The notes: a model not told the origin generated them from the letters alone. DNA of 64,000 bases from Eledone cirrhosa (GCA_964016885.1 OZ024740.1:124930001-124994000); one strand, 5' to 3'; positions 1-13,582 are shown, counted from the first letter of the stretch. Translations and numbers: made by a program.

Positions 1-230
1 TAATTGTTCTCCAAGATAAATTTGAGTCCCTCTATCACGAATTCTTTTTTGATGCGTTGTGGGAGTTCATTGTGGAAATTATCCAGCCAGAATTGGATAG
101 CTTCTATTCCTAGGTTGTGGAGGATGTTGGAGTATGGGTTGACTACATCGAACCTCACTAGTAGGGTTTGTTCAGAAAGTGGCATATTAGGGAGGTGATT
201 GAGCATATCTAGGTCGTCCCTTATATAGCT
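1..230 (-). mobile_element. Penelope-like element, reverse transcriptase fragment (runs off window start)
   Basis: Manual translation of the - strand gives SYIRDDLDMLNHLP...LLVRFDVVNPYSNILHNLGIEAIQFWL...EFVIEGLKFILENN, matching the PLE RT motif LVSFDVxSLYTNIP. Not in the ORF track. Confidence 0.85.
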
Positions 231-541
231 TTTGATGTAAAACACAATTTCACATGTGCATCGGAAAATCTAATATATGTATTAACTTGCTCAGGTTGTC
301 GAGAACAATACATAGACCAGACCAAAAACAGCCTTCGCCAACGCATGACTGTCCATAGATCCCAAATTAAAATACGGGAATACAGAAAATACCACTGAGT
401 GAACATATTGATACCTGTGCCGCCCAAAATCATCCCAACTTCAGAATCTTTCCCCTCTACAAATTTAAAGATAATGCCACCCACACCCAGCGCAGCAGCA
501 AGGAATCTTACTTCATTAACAAATACGGACCCCGTCTAAAC
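231..541 (+). mobile_element. Penelope-like GIY-YIG endonuclease fragment (frameshifted)
   Basis: Translates FDVKHNFTCASENLIYVLTCSGCREQYIDQTKNSLRQRMTVH, then after a frameshift PLSEH...QRSSKESYFINKYGPRLN: IY...CxxC..YI(G)QT, R, H, E and LN motifs of the PLE endonuclease. Confidence 0.88.
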
Positions 542-720
542 ACTTCTCACTAAGACGAACCCACAACATACACACGTCAACATACATACCTACATCAGCA
601 CACATCTCTACCCACATATAAACACAATGACATACGTAAACACACATGCTCTATGGGGTAACACAAAAAAATATATGTGTATATATATCTATGTATGTAT
701 ATGTATGTATGTATATGTAG

Positions 721-788
<68 letters not shown>

Positions 789-1636
789 ATATCATTTCAC
801 ACCTTTTATTGTTAAGATTTTTGATGTTCTATTAAGAGAACCGATTTTACTGAAAAAATCGAATAATGTACACCATTTTACCAGGGGGAAAAAAATACTG
901 GTCCACCCACACACACACACACACATATATATATACACACACACACACATACACACGCGTACATTAACATACAAAGATACTTATACACACACACACTCAC
1001 ACACACTTCTCCGTATAAGACAAAAGCTGAAAAATATCTTTTGACATGCTAAAATACCCCCCACTGCTTACAGACACATTTCTACTGACCATCCCTGATA
1101 CCACGAATTACTCTGCTATATACACACACACACACATATTTGTTGTGAAAGAGTCATTTCTCAGTCTTGGCGCAAAATCAATTTTTTATTCACATGACCT
1201 CTACCGACCAATCAAAATTGTTTTGAGCACAAGAATTTTTGCAAACACCAAGTAGCGCTGGAGCCACTTTGTTAACATAAAAACAGTCTTGGCGCAAAAT
1301 CAATTTCTTACACTCACATGACCTCTACCGACCAATCAAAATTGTTTTGACCACAAGAATTTTTGCAACACCAAAGTAGCGCTGGGGCCACTTTGTTAAC
1401 ATAAAAACAGGTAGAATTCCCAAAGCTAATCTGATCAGAGCAAACAACACGGACACTCTATCTCAAAATTATTTTTGAAAAGCATTTAGAAATTCGCAAC
1501 CGGTAAAAACTTAAAAGCTTAAAACCACAACTGAATAGGAACCCATACAATTACTAATACTCTTTTATTCCTAATTAAACCATTTTTCAACTGTGAACAA
1601 TTTGTCAGCATTTTCTATTCCGTTTACCAATATATA
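542..1636 (+). mobile_element. Probable PLE 3' UTR/pLTR (CA-rich, interrupted by (TA)n)
   Basis: Directly follows the GIY-YIG end. Its last ~190 bp recur inverted at 3628-3815. Confidence 0.5.
1162..1410. repeat. Tandem duplication, ~122-bp unit x2
   Basis: cagtcttggcgcaaaatcaat...gaccaatcaaaattg...ccactttgttaacataaaaa starts at 1162 and again at 1284. Confidence 0.95.
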
Positions 1637-2216
1637 ATAACTTGTGTGTTACACCTCTATTCTTTTAACTTTATCTATATATATACACGCACGTCCTGAA
1701 AATAGAGATTATATTTACTCAAGTCAACAATATAGACAAATAAAGCGCAGACGATTTCTTTTAATCACTGCTATACATTCCTTGTTTTATAAAAGGTTCA
1801 CAGTATACATACACATAAATATATACGATTAACATTCATGACTTCATATATATGGTTATCATTCATGCATTTAACATTTCTGCAATCCAAACTGCGTGGT
1901 TATGCAAACTAACCTTTACCCACACATATACATACACACACATATATATATATACACCTATATATGTATAAATAAATATCTGCGTGCGTCATCAGGCATC
2001 GCTCATGTATACATACAGACGTATATACAATCATAAAAAAACCTATAACACTTTTATATGCATGTTAATACACGCATATACTTTTGTATAGAGATAATCA
2101 AATATCAATATATTACTAAGGATTATACTTTGTAAATATAATTATACCAATATAAATTTAAAATACCAAAGGATTATATTTTGGAAATACAACTATATCA
2201 GTATAGTCAAAAGGAC

Positions 2217-2518
<302 letters not shown>

Positions 2519-3097
2519 ATAGCTGTATAACAAAGTGCAGGGCAATAAAGATAGACGGTAGTCACGGAATAGGCAGACCTAGAAAAACCTGGGACGAGCT
2601 GATAAACTCCGACATCACACACTTACACCTCTCCAAGACAATGTCACTGGACCGAGACCTTTGGCGGTACTCAGTAACAGAGAAGACCCGCCTTACCTAA
2701 ATATATAGTAAAACCTACTCCAACCAGTAGGCATCTCTAACAAAATACACCCCGTCCCACCACCCCCACCCCCACCCCATCCACACCACCCCGTTCTATG
2801 TAAAGTTATGTTGGCGCCACGCCATAGGCCGAAACAAATGAGATCGTGTAGGTGTCACGACAAAAAAACACACAGTCCACGCTGTAATGTGGCCGTGTAG
2901 GCAACACGGTAAAAAGCTCCCAGACCCACACTGTAAATGTGGTTGGTGTTAGGAAGGGCATCCAACTGTAGAAAACCTGCCAGACAGTCCTATGCGAGCA
3001 AGACAATCACTCTTGCCTCAAGTGGGACTACCCCCGTTCAAACCCATGCAAGCGTGGAACACGGATGTTAAACGTTGATGATCATGATGATGATGAT
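2519..3097 (+). mobile_element. RTE LINE 3' end (5'-truncated)
   Basis: [28 protein letters not shown]...DRDLWR (RTE C-terminal GRPRxTW motif), 3' UTR with gttaggaagggcatcca, and a (GAT)n tail. Confidence 0.92.
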
Positions 3098-3636
<539 letters not shown>

Positions 3637-3822
3637 TAAACGGAATAGAAAATGCTGACAAATTGTTCACAGTTGAAAAATGGTTTAATTAGGAATAAAA
3701 GAGTATTAGTGATTGTATGGGTTAGTATTCAGTTGTGGTTTTAAGTTTTTACGTTTTTACCGGTTGCGCATTTCTAAATGCTTTACCAAAATAACTTTGA
3801 GATAGAGTGTCCGTGCTGTATT

Positions 3823-3995
<173 letters not shown>

Positions 3996-4184
3996 CATGT
4001 GGAGGTATGAGTACATATTCGTGTGTGTAGGTATGTGTATATGTGTTTTTATATGTGTCTCTATATGTTTTTGTGTATGTATGTGGATGTATTTGTACAT
4101 GGGCGTGTGATTGATGGTGTGTGCCTATATATTCCTACATATGCCCGTGTGTGTATGTACGTGTATACGCACATATGTGTGTGT

Positions 4185-4630
4185 TGAACAAAGGACTAAT
4201 TTTGGGATGGACGTAGAAAAGTTCTTCAGAAAAAAATAAAAAAATAATTATTTACAAACTTGGCAGGTGCGATTTGCCTGTGACCATTCTCAACACAAAA
4301 GGAATACTAAAAGCTTTTTCCCCTGAACAAAGGAATTTTTCGAGAATGACTGGGGCAGGCCGCACTTGCTACATTTCTCCCCACCTAACCCAACTCACCG
4401 TCTCAACTCATTACTGCTATTAACACTTTTTCAACGCACCTACACCCATGCACTTATTAAAGGGGCAGAAAAGAAACCCCCACCTCACCACAGACATGTT
4501 AAATCCCTATATATAGAACAACACACCACATACGCATCAGTTTGACAAGCGCACCTCAGCGTGAAAGGTCGTTCTAAAAACGAAACAATACCTCCTACGT
4601 TAACCAATAACTCCTAAGACCTAACCAACA
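4185..4630 (+). mobile_element. Possible degenerate PLE ORF N-terminal fragment
   Basis: DVEKFFRK-like peptide near 4210, next to the inverted PLE UTR copy; heavily frameshifted. Confidence 0.3.
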
Positions 4631-4899
4631 ACCAACAACTTAATTTATAAAATATTTTTTTTTAAGAAAAAAATTTTTTCTAATCCGGAAAAAAATTATT
4701 TTTGGATTTTGTGAAGAAAATAAATTTGTTGAAAGCACAAGTGAAGCCATTTTTTTTCCCCCTGTCTTAATATACCAAGGATTACATACATTTTCCATTA
4801 TATATATATATATATGGTTGCTAAACATATATATATATATATATATGGTTGCTAAACATACTACTGTACGTTTGTATACATATATGTATGTACGTATAC

Positions 4900-4951
<52 letters not shown>

Positions 4952-5149
4952 ATATGATGACGATGATATAATTATAAGTATAAAGAGAAAATAGACTAAA
5001 ATATACTTAATTTTTCTATGAAGGCCTGGCCACTGGCATGTTAAGAGTCTCCCTTGAATTGAACATTACCACTGACATTTTAGAAAGGGAAAATTATCAC
5101 ATGGTTTTACAATCAAACTGGTGGCAAGTAACAGTGTTGCTTGAAGAAG

Positions 5150-5243
<94 letters not shown>

Positions 5244-5539
5244 ATCTTCAGTTCACTGTCATTTTCAAATCAACATTTTTACTCATCTGTATGGCCAAAG
5301 ATTGAAGGACAATGGGCCTGACTTTTTTCAGGGTGTCTAAGACTGGTAGCAGAAAAGAAATTTGTCCTCAAATCAGATACATGGTTTGAATGCTTGCAAA
5401 TAATTTGGACACTATTAAAGGTACATAGGATTCTGGTCATGGTGTTAAATAAGGGAGGGGCATTGTATTTGTAGCCTACTAGTCTACTATATTTAAATAT
5501 TTTTGTTTGATCCATCTCTTCTGCAACGTTTCTGCTATT

Positions 5540-5576
<37 letters not shown>

Positions 5577-5687
5577 CTGTGTATGTGTGTGTGTGTGCGT
5601 GTTGAAAAACAAACAAGTAAAATAATAATGCCATAAATATTTTTATCAGGGAACCTCTTTGTATTCTATGTTTTTTTTATATGAGAA

Positions 5688-5960
5688 AGAAGGTGCATTG
5701 TCTAGTGGTGAATTCACAAGGTTGTGAGTTTGATTTCTTGACCAGGCAATGTGTAGTGTTCTTCAGCAAGACATTTTATATCACATAGTCTTGGTCAATT
5801 TATATGATAAAAATTATTGTCAGCAACAGTTTTTTTTCCATGTTGTGGGTGGCTGGTGGGGAAAGTTGTGCAACAAACTGGCATTTAGCCATGGCGTGAA
5901 TGATTTCATAAGTCTGTAGCCCCTATCATTAAAACATCCAAGGTATCTCTTCTGGGAAAC
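5688..5960 (+). mobile_element. Degenerate tRNA-derived SINE (family B)
   Basis: aggttgtgagtttgatttcttgaccagg...gtgttcttcagcaagacattttatatcacat resembles the copies at 32676 and 49214. Confidence 0.55.
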
Positions 5961-7505
5961 AACCTTGTAGGAAGCCATCAAGACATAAATATGTGTAAGT
6001 TATAAGAGCAGCAACAATATAATAAATCAATAACAATTAATCAAAGTTATATTTCATTAAATTTTATCGAGTATATTTTAAGGCTTTTTTCATATATCCA
6101 ACTAGCTATACACACAATTAGAGGCATATGATTGAAACTGGAGAAGATATAAAGAGGGAACTCTGATAATATCTTTGTAATCAGTATATGGGACTATATT
6201 AAATTCCCAACATTTTATATCATTTTGAAATAACACTTCAGGATGTATTGCTATTTATAAAAGAAACTTAAATTCTATGCCTTTGATTCTGATATTCAAC
6301 AAAAAAACAAAAAAAAAAAAATAAATAAATAAAATTAATAATTGGTTTACATTTTTTGGTTTGATTTCTTTACATTATATAAGGGAATTTTCTAAGGTTT
6401 TTCTTTCATTGCCCCAAAATAAAGACACATGAATGAAAATTAATCTGTATAAAATTAGAGACAAACGAAAATAATACTACAGAGAAATAGAATGGAATTG
6501 AAAAAAAACATAGTAATCTTCAAATTAATGAACTACACTGAATTACGGAAGGCAAATATACATATATATATATATGCATAAAAGAAAATTATAGATAAAT
6601 AAAGAAACATTGAAACTTCATATTTCCCTTGTGATAGTCCATTTTCTTCAATTACACAATTAAACTGAAACCAGGATAATAAAAATGCATAAGGGAATTT
6701 ATATTTTTAAAGGTTTGCAAATGAAAATTTGATAAAAGATAGAGAATACTAAACATAAACAAACGTAAATAAATAATAAATTAAAATATAAATCAAAAGT
6801 TAAACTGATAATTTTTCAGAATAAATTTGTATTTAATTTGGTATCAAGTAGAAAATATCTGAAACAGGATACAAAAATAAATCTAATGAAAATTACCTTA
6901 ATTTCTATTTTCATGGTTCGTATAACAAACTAGCATTTAATGTTTAATTCAATAATCTGTCAGTAAATTGTTTCCTGTCTAAAAGCAAAACAAAAACAAA
7001 ACTCTACAACATCAACAGAATAAATAAACAAACAAGCAAGCAAACAAGCAATCAAATAGAACAAAATGAAAAAAGAATTCAGATTATTATTTCAAATAGT
7101 TATGAAATTCTTCTTCAACGTCCTCTTTTATCAGAATTGTTAAAATGTTCGTTTTATTATATATTTTTTTAATAAATGGCTGTTTTTATTGTTACTGATG
7201 TTTCGTTTTTTTTTCTCCATTTGTAGTTTTATGTATACTAGCATAGTACCCATAAAAATGACGATGTTTATAGTAAAACTGTATTTAATTTAATACTACA
7301 TGTATTACAACATTCTATATAAAGGTACTTCACTCCTCGAGTTTTCTTGGATCTTCTCCTTGCCACTTTGGCCATCAGAGTGTGGGTAGGTAGATACATG
7401 TTCAACCAGTTAATGTTTAAATATTTTAGATATGTGGTATTTTACAACCTCATTCCAACAGACTGATATATATATATAGAGAGATTGATTGATAGATGAT
7501 ATATT

Positions 7506-7542
<37 letters not shown>

Positions 7543-7670
7543 AATAGGATTTCGCATCAAGCATAGCTTTATACAATATGTATAAATATTTTGTATCTCC
7601 AAGGAAATACGGTTTTAGGCAGCCGTAGCTATGCAAATACCGGGGGGGGGTGCTAACGCCCTCTGGTGAT

Positions 7671-7763
7671 GTCCAGCAGAATCAATTTGGACAACCCTCT
7701 ATGCATTTCTGGCTTAACTGGCCTTCGTTAGGATGTTCCCTCCCACTGCTTGCGACTGCTGGA
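7671..7763 (-). ncRNA. Degenerate hammerhead ribozyme (core CUAACGA)
   Basis: Reverse complement reads acatc-CTAACGA-aggc-cagttaa-gcca-GAAA-tgca-TA-gaggg; core G5>A and stem I mismatches. Confidence 0.65.
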
Positions 7764-7818
7764 TTAGAAGTCAAGCGAGAAAATATACTGTTCTTGTCTT
7801 AACTGGCCTTGTCTTCTA

Positions 7819-7913
7819 GTCCAGCAGTCGCAAGCGGTGGGGGGGGGCCGTCCTGACGAAAGCCAGTTGAGCCTGAAATGCATAGACGGTTGTCCCCCTT
7901 GCTTCTGCTGGAC
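7819..7913 (+). ncRNA. Type-I hammerhead ribozyme
   Basis: ccgtc-CTGACGA-aagc-cagttga-gcct-GAAA-tgca-TA|gacgg. Palindromic minimal stem III; stem I extended by ggggg/ccccc, gcaa/ttgc and gtccagcag/ctgctggac. Confidence 0.85.
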
Positions 7914-8001
7914 ATCCCCAGAGGGCGTTAGCCCCCCCCCCCCCTCCGGTGTTTGCATAGCTACGGCTTCCTAATACCGTATTTCCTTGGAGATACGAAA
8001 T

Positions 8002-8636
8002 CATCATCATCATCGTTTAACGTCCATATTCCACGCATGCATGGGTTTGGACGGGAGTTTTCCCACCTAAGGGAAGAGTGGTTGTCTTGCTCGCATAGGA
8101 CTGTCTGGCGGGTTTTCTACGGCTGGATGCCCTTCCTAACACCAACCACATTTACAGTGTGGAACTGGGAGGTTTTTACCGTGTTACCTACACGGCCACA
8201 TTACAGCGTGGACTGTGTGTTTTTTTTGTCGTGACACCTACACGACCTCATTTGTTTCGGCCTGGATGTTGTGGTACCAACATAACTTTACATTGAAAGG
8301 GGCGGTGTGGATGGGGTGGGGGTACTGGGACGGGGGTGTATTTTGTTAGAGGTGCCTACTGACTGTAGTAGGTTTTACTTTGTATTTAGGTAAGGTGGGT
8401 CTTCTCTATTACTGTGTACCGCCAAAGATCTCGGTCCAGTGACATTGTCTTGGAGAGGTGTAAGTGTGTGAGGTCGGAATTTATCAAGTCCACCCAGGTT
8501 TTTCTGGGTCTGCCTACTCCGTGGCTACTGTCTATTTTTATTGCCCTGCACCTTTTTATACAGCTGTCGTCTTTCATGCGCATCACGTGACCATACCAAC
8601 GTAGCCTTCTCTCGAGTAAACAACATCTGATCCCTC
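8002..8636 (-). mobile_element. RTE LINE 3' end (5'-truncated)
   Basis: ORF 8386-8586 (RMKDDSCIKRC...GRPRKTW...), (CAT)n on + at ~8002, and cgaaat on both sides as a likely TSD. Confidence 0.93.
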
Positions 8637-8824
8637 GAAATATTTATACATATATATATATAGATGATAACAATATATCGTTAAAGGTGATCCGATAAGA
8701 GGTTGTGAAAACTACTTATCATGGATAGTTTAAGCGTACGGTGCTGTGTGACTCAACAAGAGGTTTACATGGATGACGAGTTTATGACTTCACTTGTAAT
8801 CCTATGTAAGTATATCTTGGAGTA

Positions 8825-9096
8825 ATAAAATTGAAAAAGTGAAGATTAACATGGTCAACAGTACAAACAAGGAAATTTATTTACAGTCGAACAATTGTTT
8901 CTATGAAGTTGTCTAAAAATTGCTAAACACTGAAATTAGTGACACTCAATTTAAAATACATGCTACCTATTGAGTGCCACTAATTTCAGTGTTTAGCAAT
9001 TTTTAGACAACTCTATCATAGAAACAATTGTTAGACTGTAAATAAATTTCCTTGTTTGTACTGTTGAGATGTTATTCTTCACTTTTTCAATTTTAT
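8825..9096. repeat. Near-perfect palindrome, ~126-bp arms, 18-nt spacer
   Basis: 8825-8950 is the reverse complement of 8969-9096 (e.g. caacagtacaaacaaggaaatttatttacagtc / gactgtaaataaatttccttgtttgtactgttg). Confidence 0.96.
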
Positions 9097-9152
9097 ATAT
9101 ATTTATATTACTTCAAAATATTAATAAATATAGACATTCATCTGATCAAATA

Positions 9153-9218
9153 TATTTTATTATACATATTTCAGAGATACTGAGCTATTTCCACAGTATG
9201 TCCTCATCAGATAAAATA
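9153..9218 (-). ncRNA. Type-I hammerhead ribozyme
   Basis: Reverse complement reads tattttat-CTGATGA-ggacatactg-(11 nt)-cagtatctct-GAAA-tatgta-TA|ataaaata; 8-bp stem I, 9/10-bp stem II. Confidence 0.82.
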
Positions 9219-9271
9219 AGTTGATGCCTGACATACCTTGACTATGTTGAAGGTTATAATTTAGTCATGGC

Positions 9272-9274
<3 letters not shown>

Positions 9275-9352
<78 letters not shown>
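9275..9352. repeat. (TA)n(GA)n compound microsatellite
   Basis: Directly visible. Confidence 0.97.
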
Positions 9353-9359
<7 letters not shown>

Positions 9360-9879
9360 AACAGTCAGACAATTACATAGATGGATAGAAATATAGATAT
9401 TATAGATACATGAAGAGGTGAAAAGTTAAACAGATAGATAGGGAAACAGGAAAGTGTGATAGACTGTTAATTAGATAGATATATTTCTATATATAAATAA
9501 ATAGATATATAGGTAGCTGTTGTTTTTAGTGTTCAAATATAGATACATAAGTAGCTTTGAATGGATGAGAGAGGGGGAGGGAGAGAGAGAAAGAGAGAGA
9601 GAGGCTGGGAGAAAGATATCAAAACATACATGCTTAATTTATCAGACAATTTCGATTTATTATTATTCTCCTTATTTCATGTATTTAATTAATAACATGT
9701 TAATTATTTTTTTGTTAATAAATGGGAAGATGCAACTCATGGTGCATCTTGCCAGTATCACAGAAACCTATTGAATCTTATCTACTCGTACTGGTCCAGA
9801 TTAGTCTTCAACCTTTTTGTATTTATCATTTTTGTGGTATGAATTTGGTTGTGTAGTTGAAACAAAAAGAAAAAAAAAC

Positions 9880-10206
9880 ACCCAGCCAACACTGTCAAGT
9901 GGTCGCGTATGTATCATAATAAATAGCATCCAGCACACACTGTAAACTGGTCATGTAGTTATCACAAGAAATATAATCCAGCCCACAATGTAAAGTGGTC
10001 ATGTAGGTGTCACAATAAAGGCACTCACTACTCACTGTAAGTGTGGTTGACGTTAGGAAAGGCATTCATCTGTAGAAACGAAGTCAAAATCAGTTCTTTA
10101 GGAGCAAGACATGGTTACCCGACCTGGCCTATCTCACAACAGGTCAACTAATCTAACCTATGCTAGTGTGGAAAAATGGAGGCTAAATAGTGAAGATGAT
10201 GATGAT
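9880..10206 (+). mobile_element. RTE 3' UTR fragment
   Basis: Repeated ccagcccacaCtgtaaagtggtcatgtag units, gttaggaaaggcattca motif and a gatgatgat tail. Confidence 0.75.
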
Positions 10207-10929
10207 TATTTAATGTTGCTTTCTTTGCACTATATTTGCAAGTTTCAAATATGAATAATGCATCCATATTATACAATTTATGTCAAATAAACATTGTTAA
10301 AATCTGTGAAACAGAATATAATACAAGATGTCTTTCATGTTAGATTTTTATTTGTTGTCTTTTTAATTCTCTTGTATATTCATTCATGGATAGTTCTCAA
10401 CACACATTAACCCTTTGATACCATCCTAGCCAAAGCTGCCTTTATTTCTATGAAACTATAGCCCCCATTCCTAGGACAGGTATTTCGATTAATGTCTTTA
10501 TTTTCAAATTTATACAAAATAATCACTGATTGAGTTAACAAAATTAATTGACATTTAAAAAAATAATATAAAATATTTATTAATCTTTAATCTATTTTAT
10601 CAACTTGAGATATAGGCAGACTCTCAAATACACAAGAAACAAATGAAAAGTTGAGTTTATGTAATTATGTAACATGATAAATGTAGAGGCCTCAAACACC
10701 CCCACAAGAAAGCTGAATTTTACATCTGTAGATTTGAATTCAGAATGCAAAGGTCCACAATAATTACCACAAGTCTGTTAATTCAACTCAAATGTTTCTA
10801 CCATTTTGACCCAAATGTCACAAAAACAAAATGATCAATTAGTTACTATTATGCTAGAAATACCATATACCATGGGCCACAGAAAATTACTATGATCAAA
10901 ACTATACCAATTATGACGATCTTGTCTCT

Positions 10930-11330
10930 TTGTTTTCTGGGCATAGTGTACTCATGACCACATTATCTAATATTATCTCTTTTTTTAAAAGAGTAGGATG
11001 TAATTTAAGAAAATATTTCGCTGTTATTTCGAGTAGTTTGATTAACCACATTGAGGATCTCCTGCAAGCTTGAAAAAAACCATATATTCACTGTTGCTTA
11101 TTGCTGGTGTTTAGCTACAGGTCAACCCTGACTGAACAGTTCAATGATTAAAAAATATTCCAGTCATGACCATACCATCGTTTTGGCTAACAAGGATTAT
11201 ATTGTCCAATATGTCTTTGTTATTAGAAGATTAGGGAACAATTTTAAAATATGATAGCTACTTCTATGAGTTTGAGCAACTGAAAGAACCTTGTTTGTTT
11301 GGCTAATTCACTGATTATTTTATAAATATT
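10930..11330 (-). repeat. Old dispersed ~218-bp repeat family, ~2 degenerate units
   Basis: Shares gctgttatttc..g and gtttagctacaggtcaaccctga...ggattatattgtccaat blocks with 17190-17800, 18655-18825 and 25020-25320. Confidence 0.6.
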
Positions 11331-12231
11331 AGTGGCTGCTCCTAGTTTAGGTGAAAGATTAGGAAGTGTCTGTGGAAGAAGATTTGACAGCTGTATTGTA
11401 CAGGCCACATAATTACACAGATGGTCCCTGCAGGGAAGGTTTTTAATTACAATCTTCCCATGAGGCAGCCTATTGAGCAATGGTTCTCAAACTGACAAAT
11501 GTCACCAGCCACCTAATATGAATGAACTCCTCAACCACTATTAATAAGACAGAGTTATATAATATAATCTTATGATGCTTGACATCAGAGAATAATGTCG
11601 TTGGTCACAATTCCTGGATAGGCTGCCACATTGTATTTTTGAGCAAAACAATTTATTTCATTTGTTGCAGCACATTCAGCTCAGAGTGAGTACCAGCAAT
11701 AACTGAGTAGTTAAAGCAGCAATAGAACAGTGTTCTATCCTAGGTGAGTTATGTACTCTCAGTTGCATAGCACAAAGAAAACAGAGATAAATTATATCAG
11801 AATTATATTACAATTGAATTATAGGTATAAAATCACTTTTACATTTTATTAAACAATGGTTTTCTAATCAATGTATATATATATTGCTAATATATATTGG
11901 TGAAAGATACACATACACTGGTTTGAGGAAGATTTGGCTGCTAAGTTGAACAACCATATAGATGCTACCCTATTGGCATGTTGTTATCATATAATTGTAT
12001 TTTGGTAGAAACATGATACATTCACCCATGATTTGGTAACATAATTATATATTTCTTTCTTTCTTAAATTCAGTCTATTTCAAGTCATATGTTTCACAAC
12101 TTATCTTATAATCGATTTTATTCATACCTTAACTGTCCTGAAAATTGTAACTCTTGTCTGCAGACATTGCTTCTAAATGTTTTGTTATAGAATGACACCA
12201 CCTGAGTTTTCCTTTTCCTCTTATTCAATTA

Positions 12232-12269
<38 letters not shown>

Positions 12270-13582
12270 TGTATGAATGTATGTATAATATGTGTGTGTC
12301 AGTGTGTTTCTGAAAGTTTGCATGCATGTCCATTTCACTTACCCCTCCCTCATTTTTATATAACAATTATTTGTTCCTCCCCTGACACAGCACTTCAGGT
12401 TTTGTGCTATTTAACTCTCTTCTCATTCATTAATCATTCACTTTCATTTATCATTTTTCCTCGTTACTGTTTGTTACTGTTTGAGACTAGAGAGGTTGGA
12501 GGGACCTCATCTTCCTCATGTCTTTCATATTTGGTATGCGTTCTACTGCTGGATACCCTTTTTAACACTAACCTACTAACAAGGTTTAATGGATGATATT
12601 TATAATGGCACCAGTTCTACAGAGGTGACCATACACCCAGCAGTCAGACTGATCTGTTCTCTCTATCCAATATTGTCTCTGTCTGAATGCAAGTTATTTT
12701 ATAGAGTGTAGTGTGCACCCTCCCACATGACACTAACACTAGGGAGGTTGTCTGGTACTTGACAGAGCCAAAGGTTTTCTCCACTCTATGTTGTCTCAGT
12801 CTGTTACCCACCATTCAAAATATGCCAGAGCACAAATTTCACTCCATTGAAACATTACCAGAGACTGGCAACCATCAGTTTACCTAATAAAAGGAGAAGT
12901 GATGTTTAGTGTATTTGCCAACATATTTTTTATGAATCTCATTTCAGGAAGAGGAAATATCTATTCATTGGTTACAATAATTTGTTTATAGTATGTTAAT
13001 TTCAAAAAAGGCTTCCAGTTCGATATTCCACAGTGCTGTGTGTGGACTGCAAAGATTATAGTGTGGCCACTTTAGTGGGAGAGACAGCAAATCTTTTATA
13101 AACATGTTTGTCATAGTCAAAATTATTTCCCATTTAATCCTTTAGCATTTAAATTATTCTATATTTACTATTGTATTTTTCTGGTAAAGGCTTTACCTTA
13201 CATAATTATCTCACATAATATCGAATCTATGAGATTTTGGTATTATTTGTTTTGAGAACAATAACTTAATATCAGTATGAGCAACCAGTTACTGCAGGTT
13301 TGAACAGAAAGAGGTCAGAGGATTCAGTCTGAATATGGCCAGTTTAAATGTTAAGGGTTAAGGAGGAAGTCAGCCAATTTGAATATCACACAGGGTGACC
13401 AAAACCTAACTAAACCAATACCTTAATAGATCCATAGCTTAATCTGCATTTGTAAAAAATGAAGGAAAGCTTAGTTTTATTGTCATGTCCTCAGTATAGT
13501 CAATAAAACACAGCTTATCTTTTCTCCTTCTTGCTGGACCTTCCTTGTGCCTACCTAGAAATATTTTCCAATCATTATTTGT

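Larger units (their letters stand above)
7576..8001. repeat. Long palindrome: ~190-bp arms (7576-7770, 7813-8001) with a hammerhead motif in each arm
   Basis: gtatctccaaggaaatacgg...gcttgcgactgctggattagaag is the reverse complement of cttctagtccagcagtcgcaagc...ccgtatttccttggagatac; ~42-nt spacer. Confidence 0.95.
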
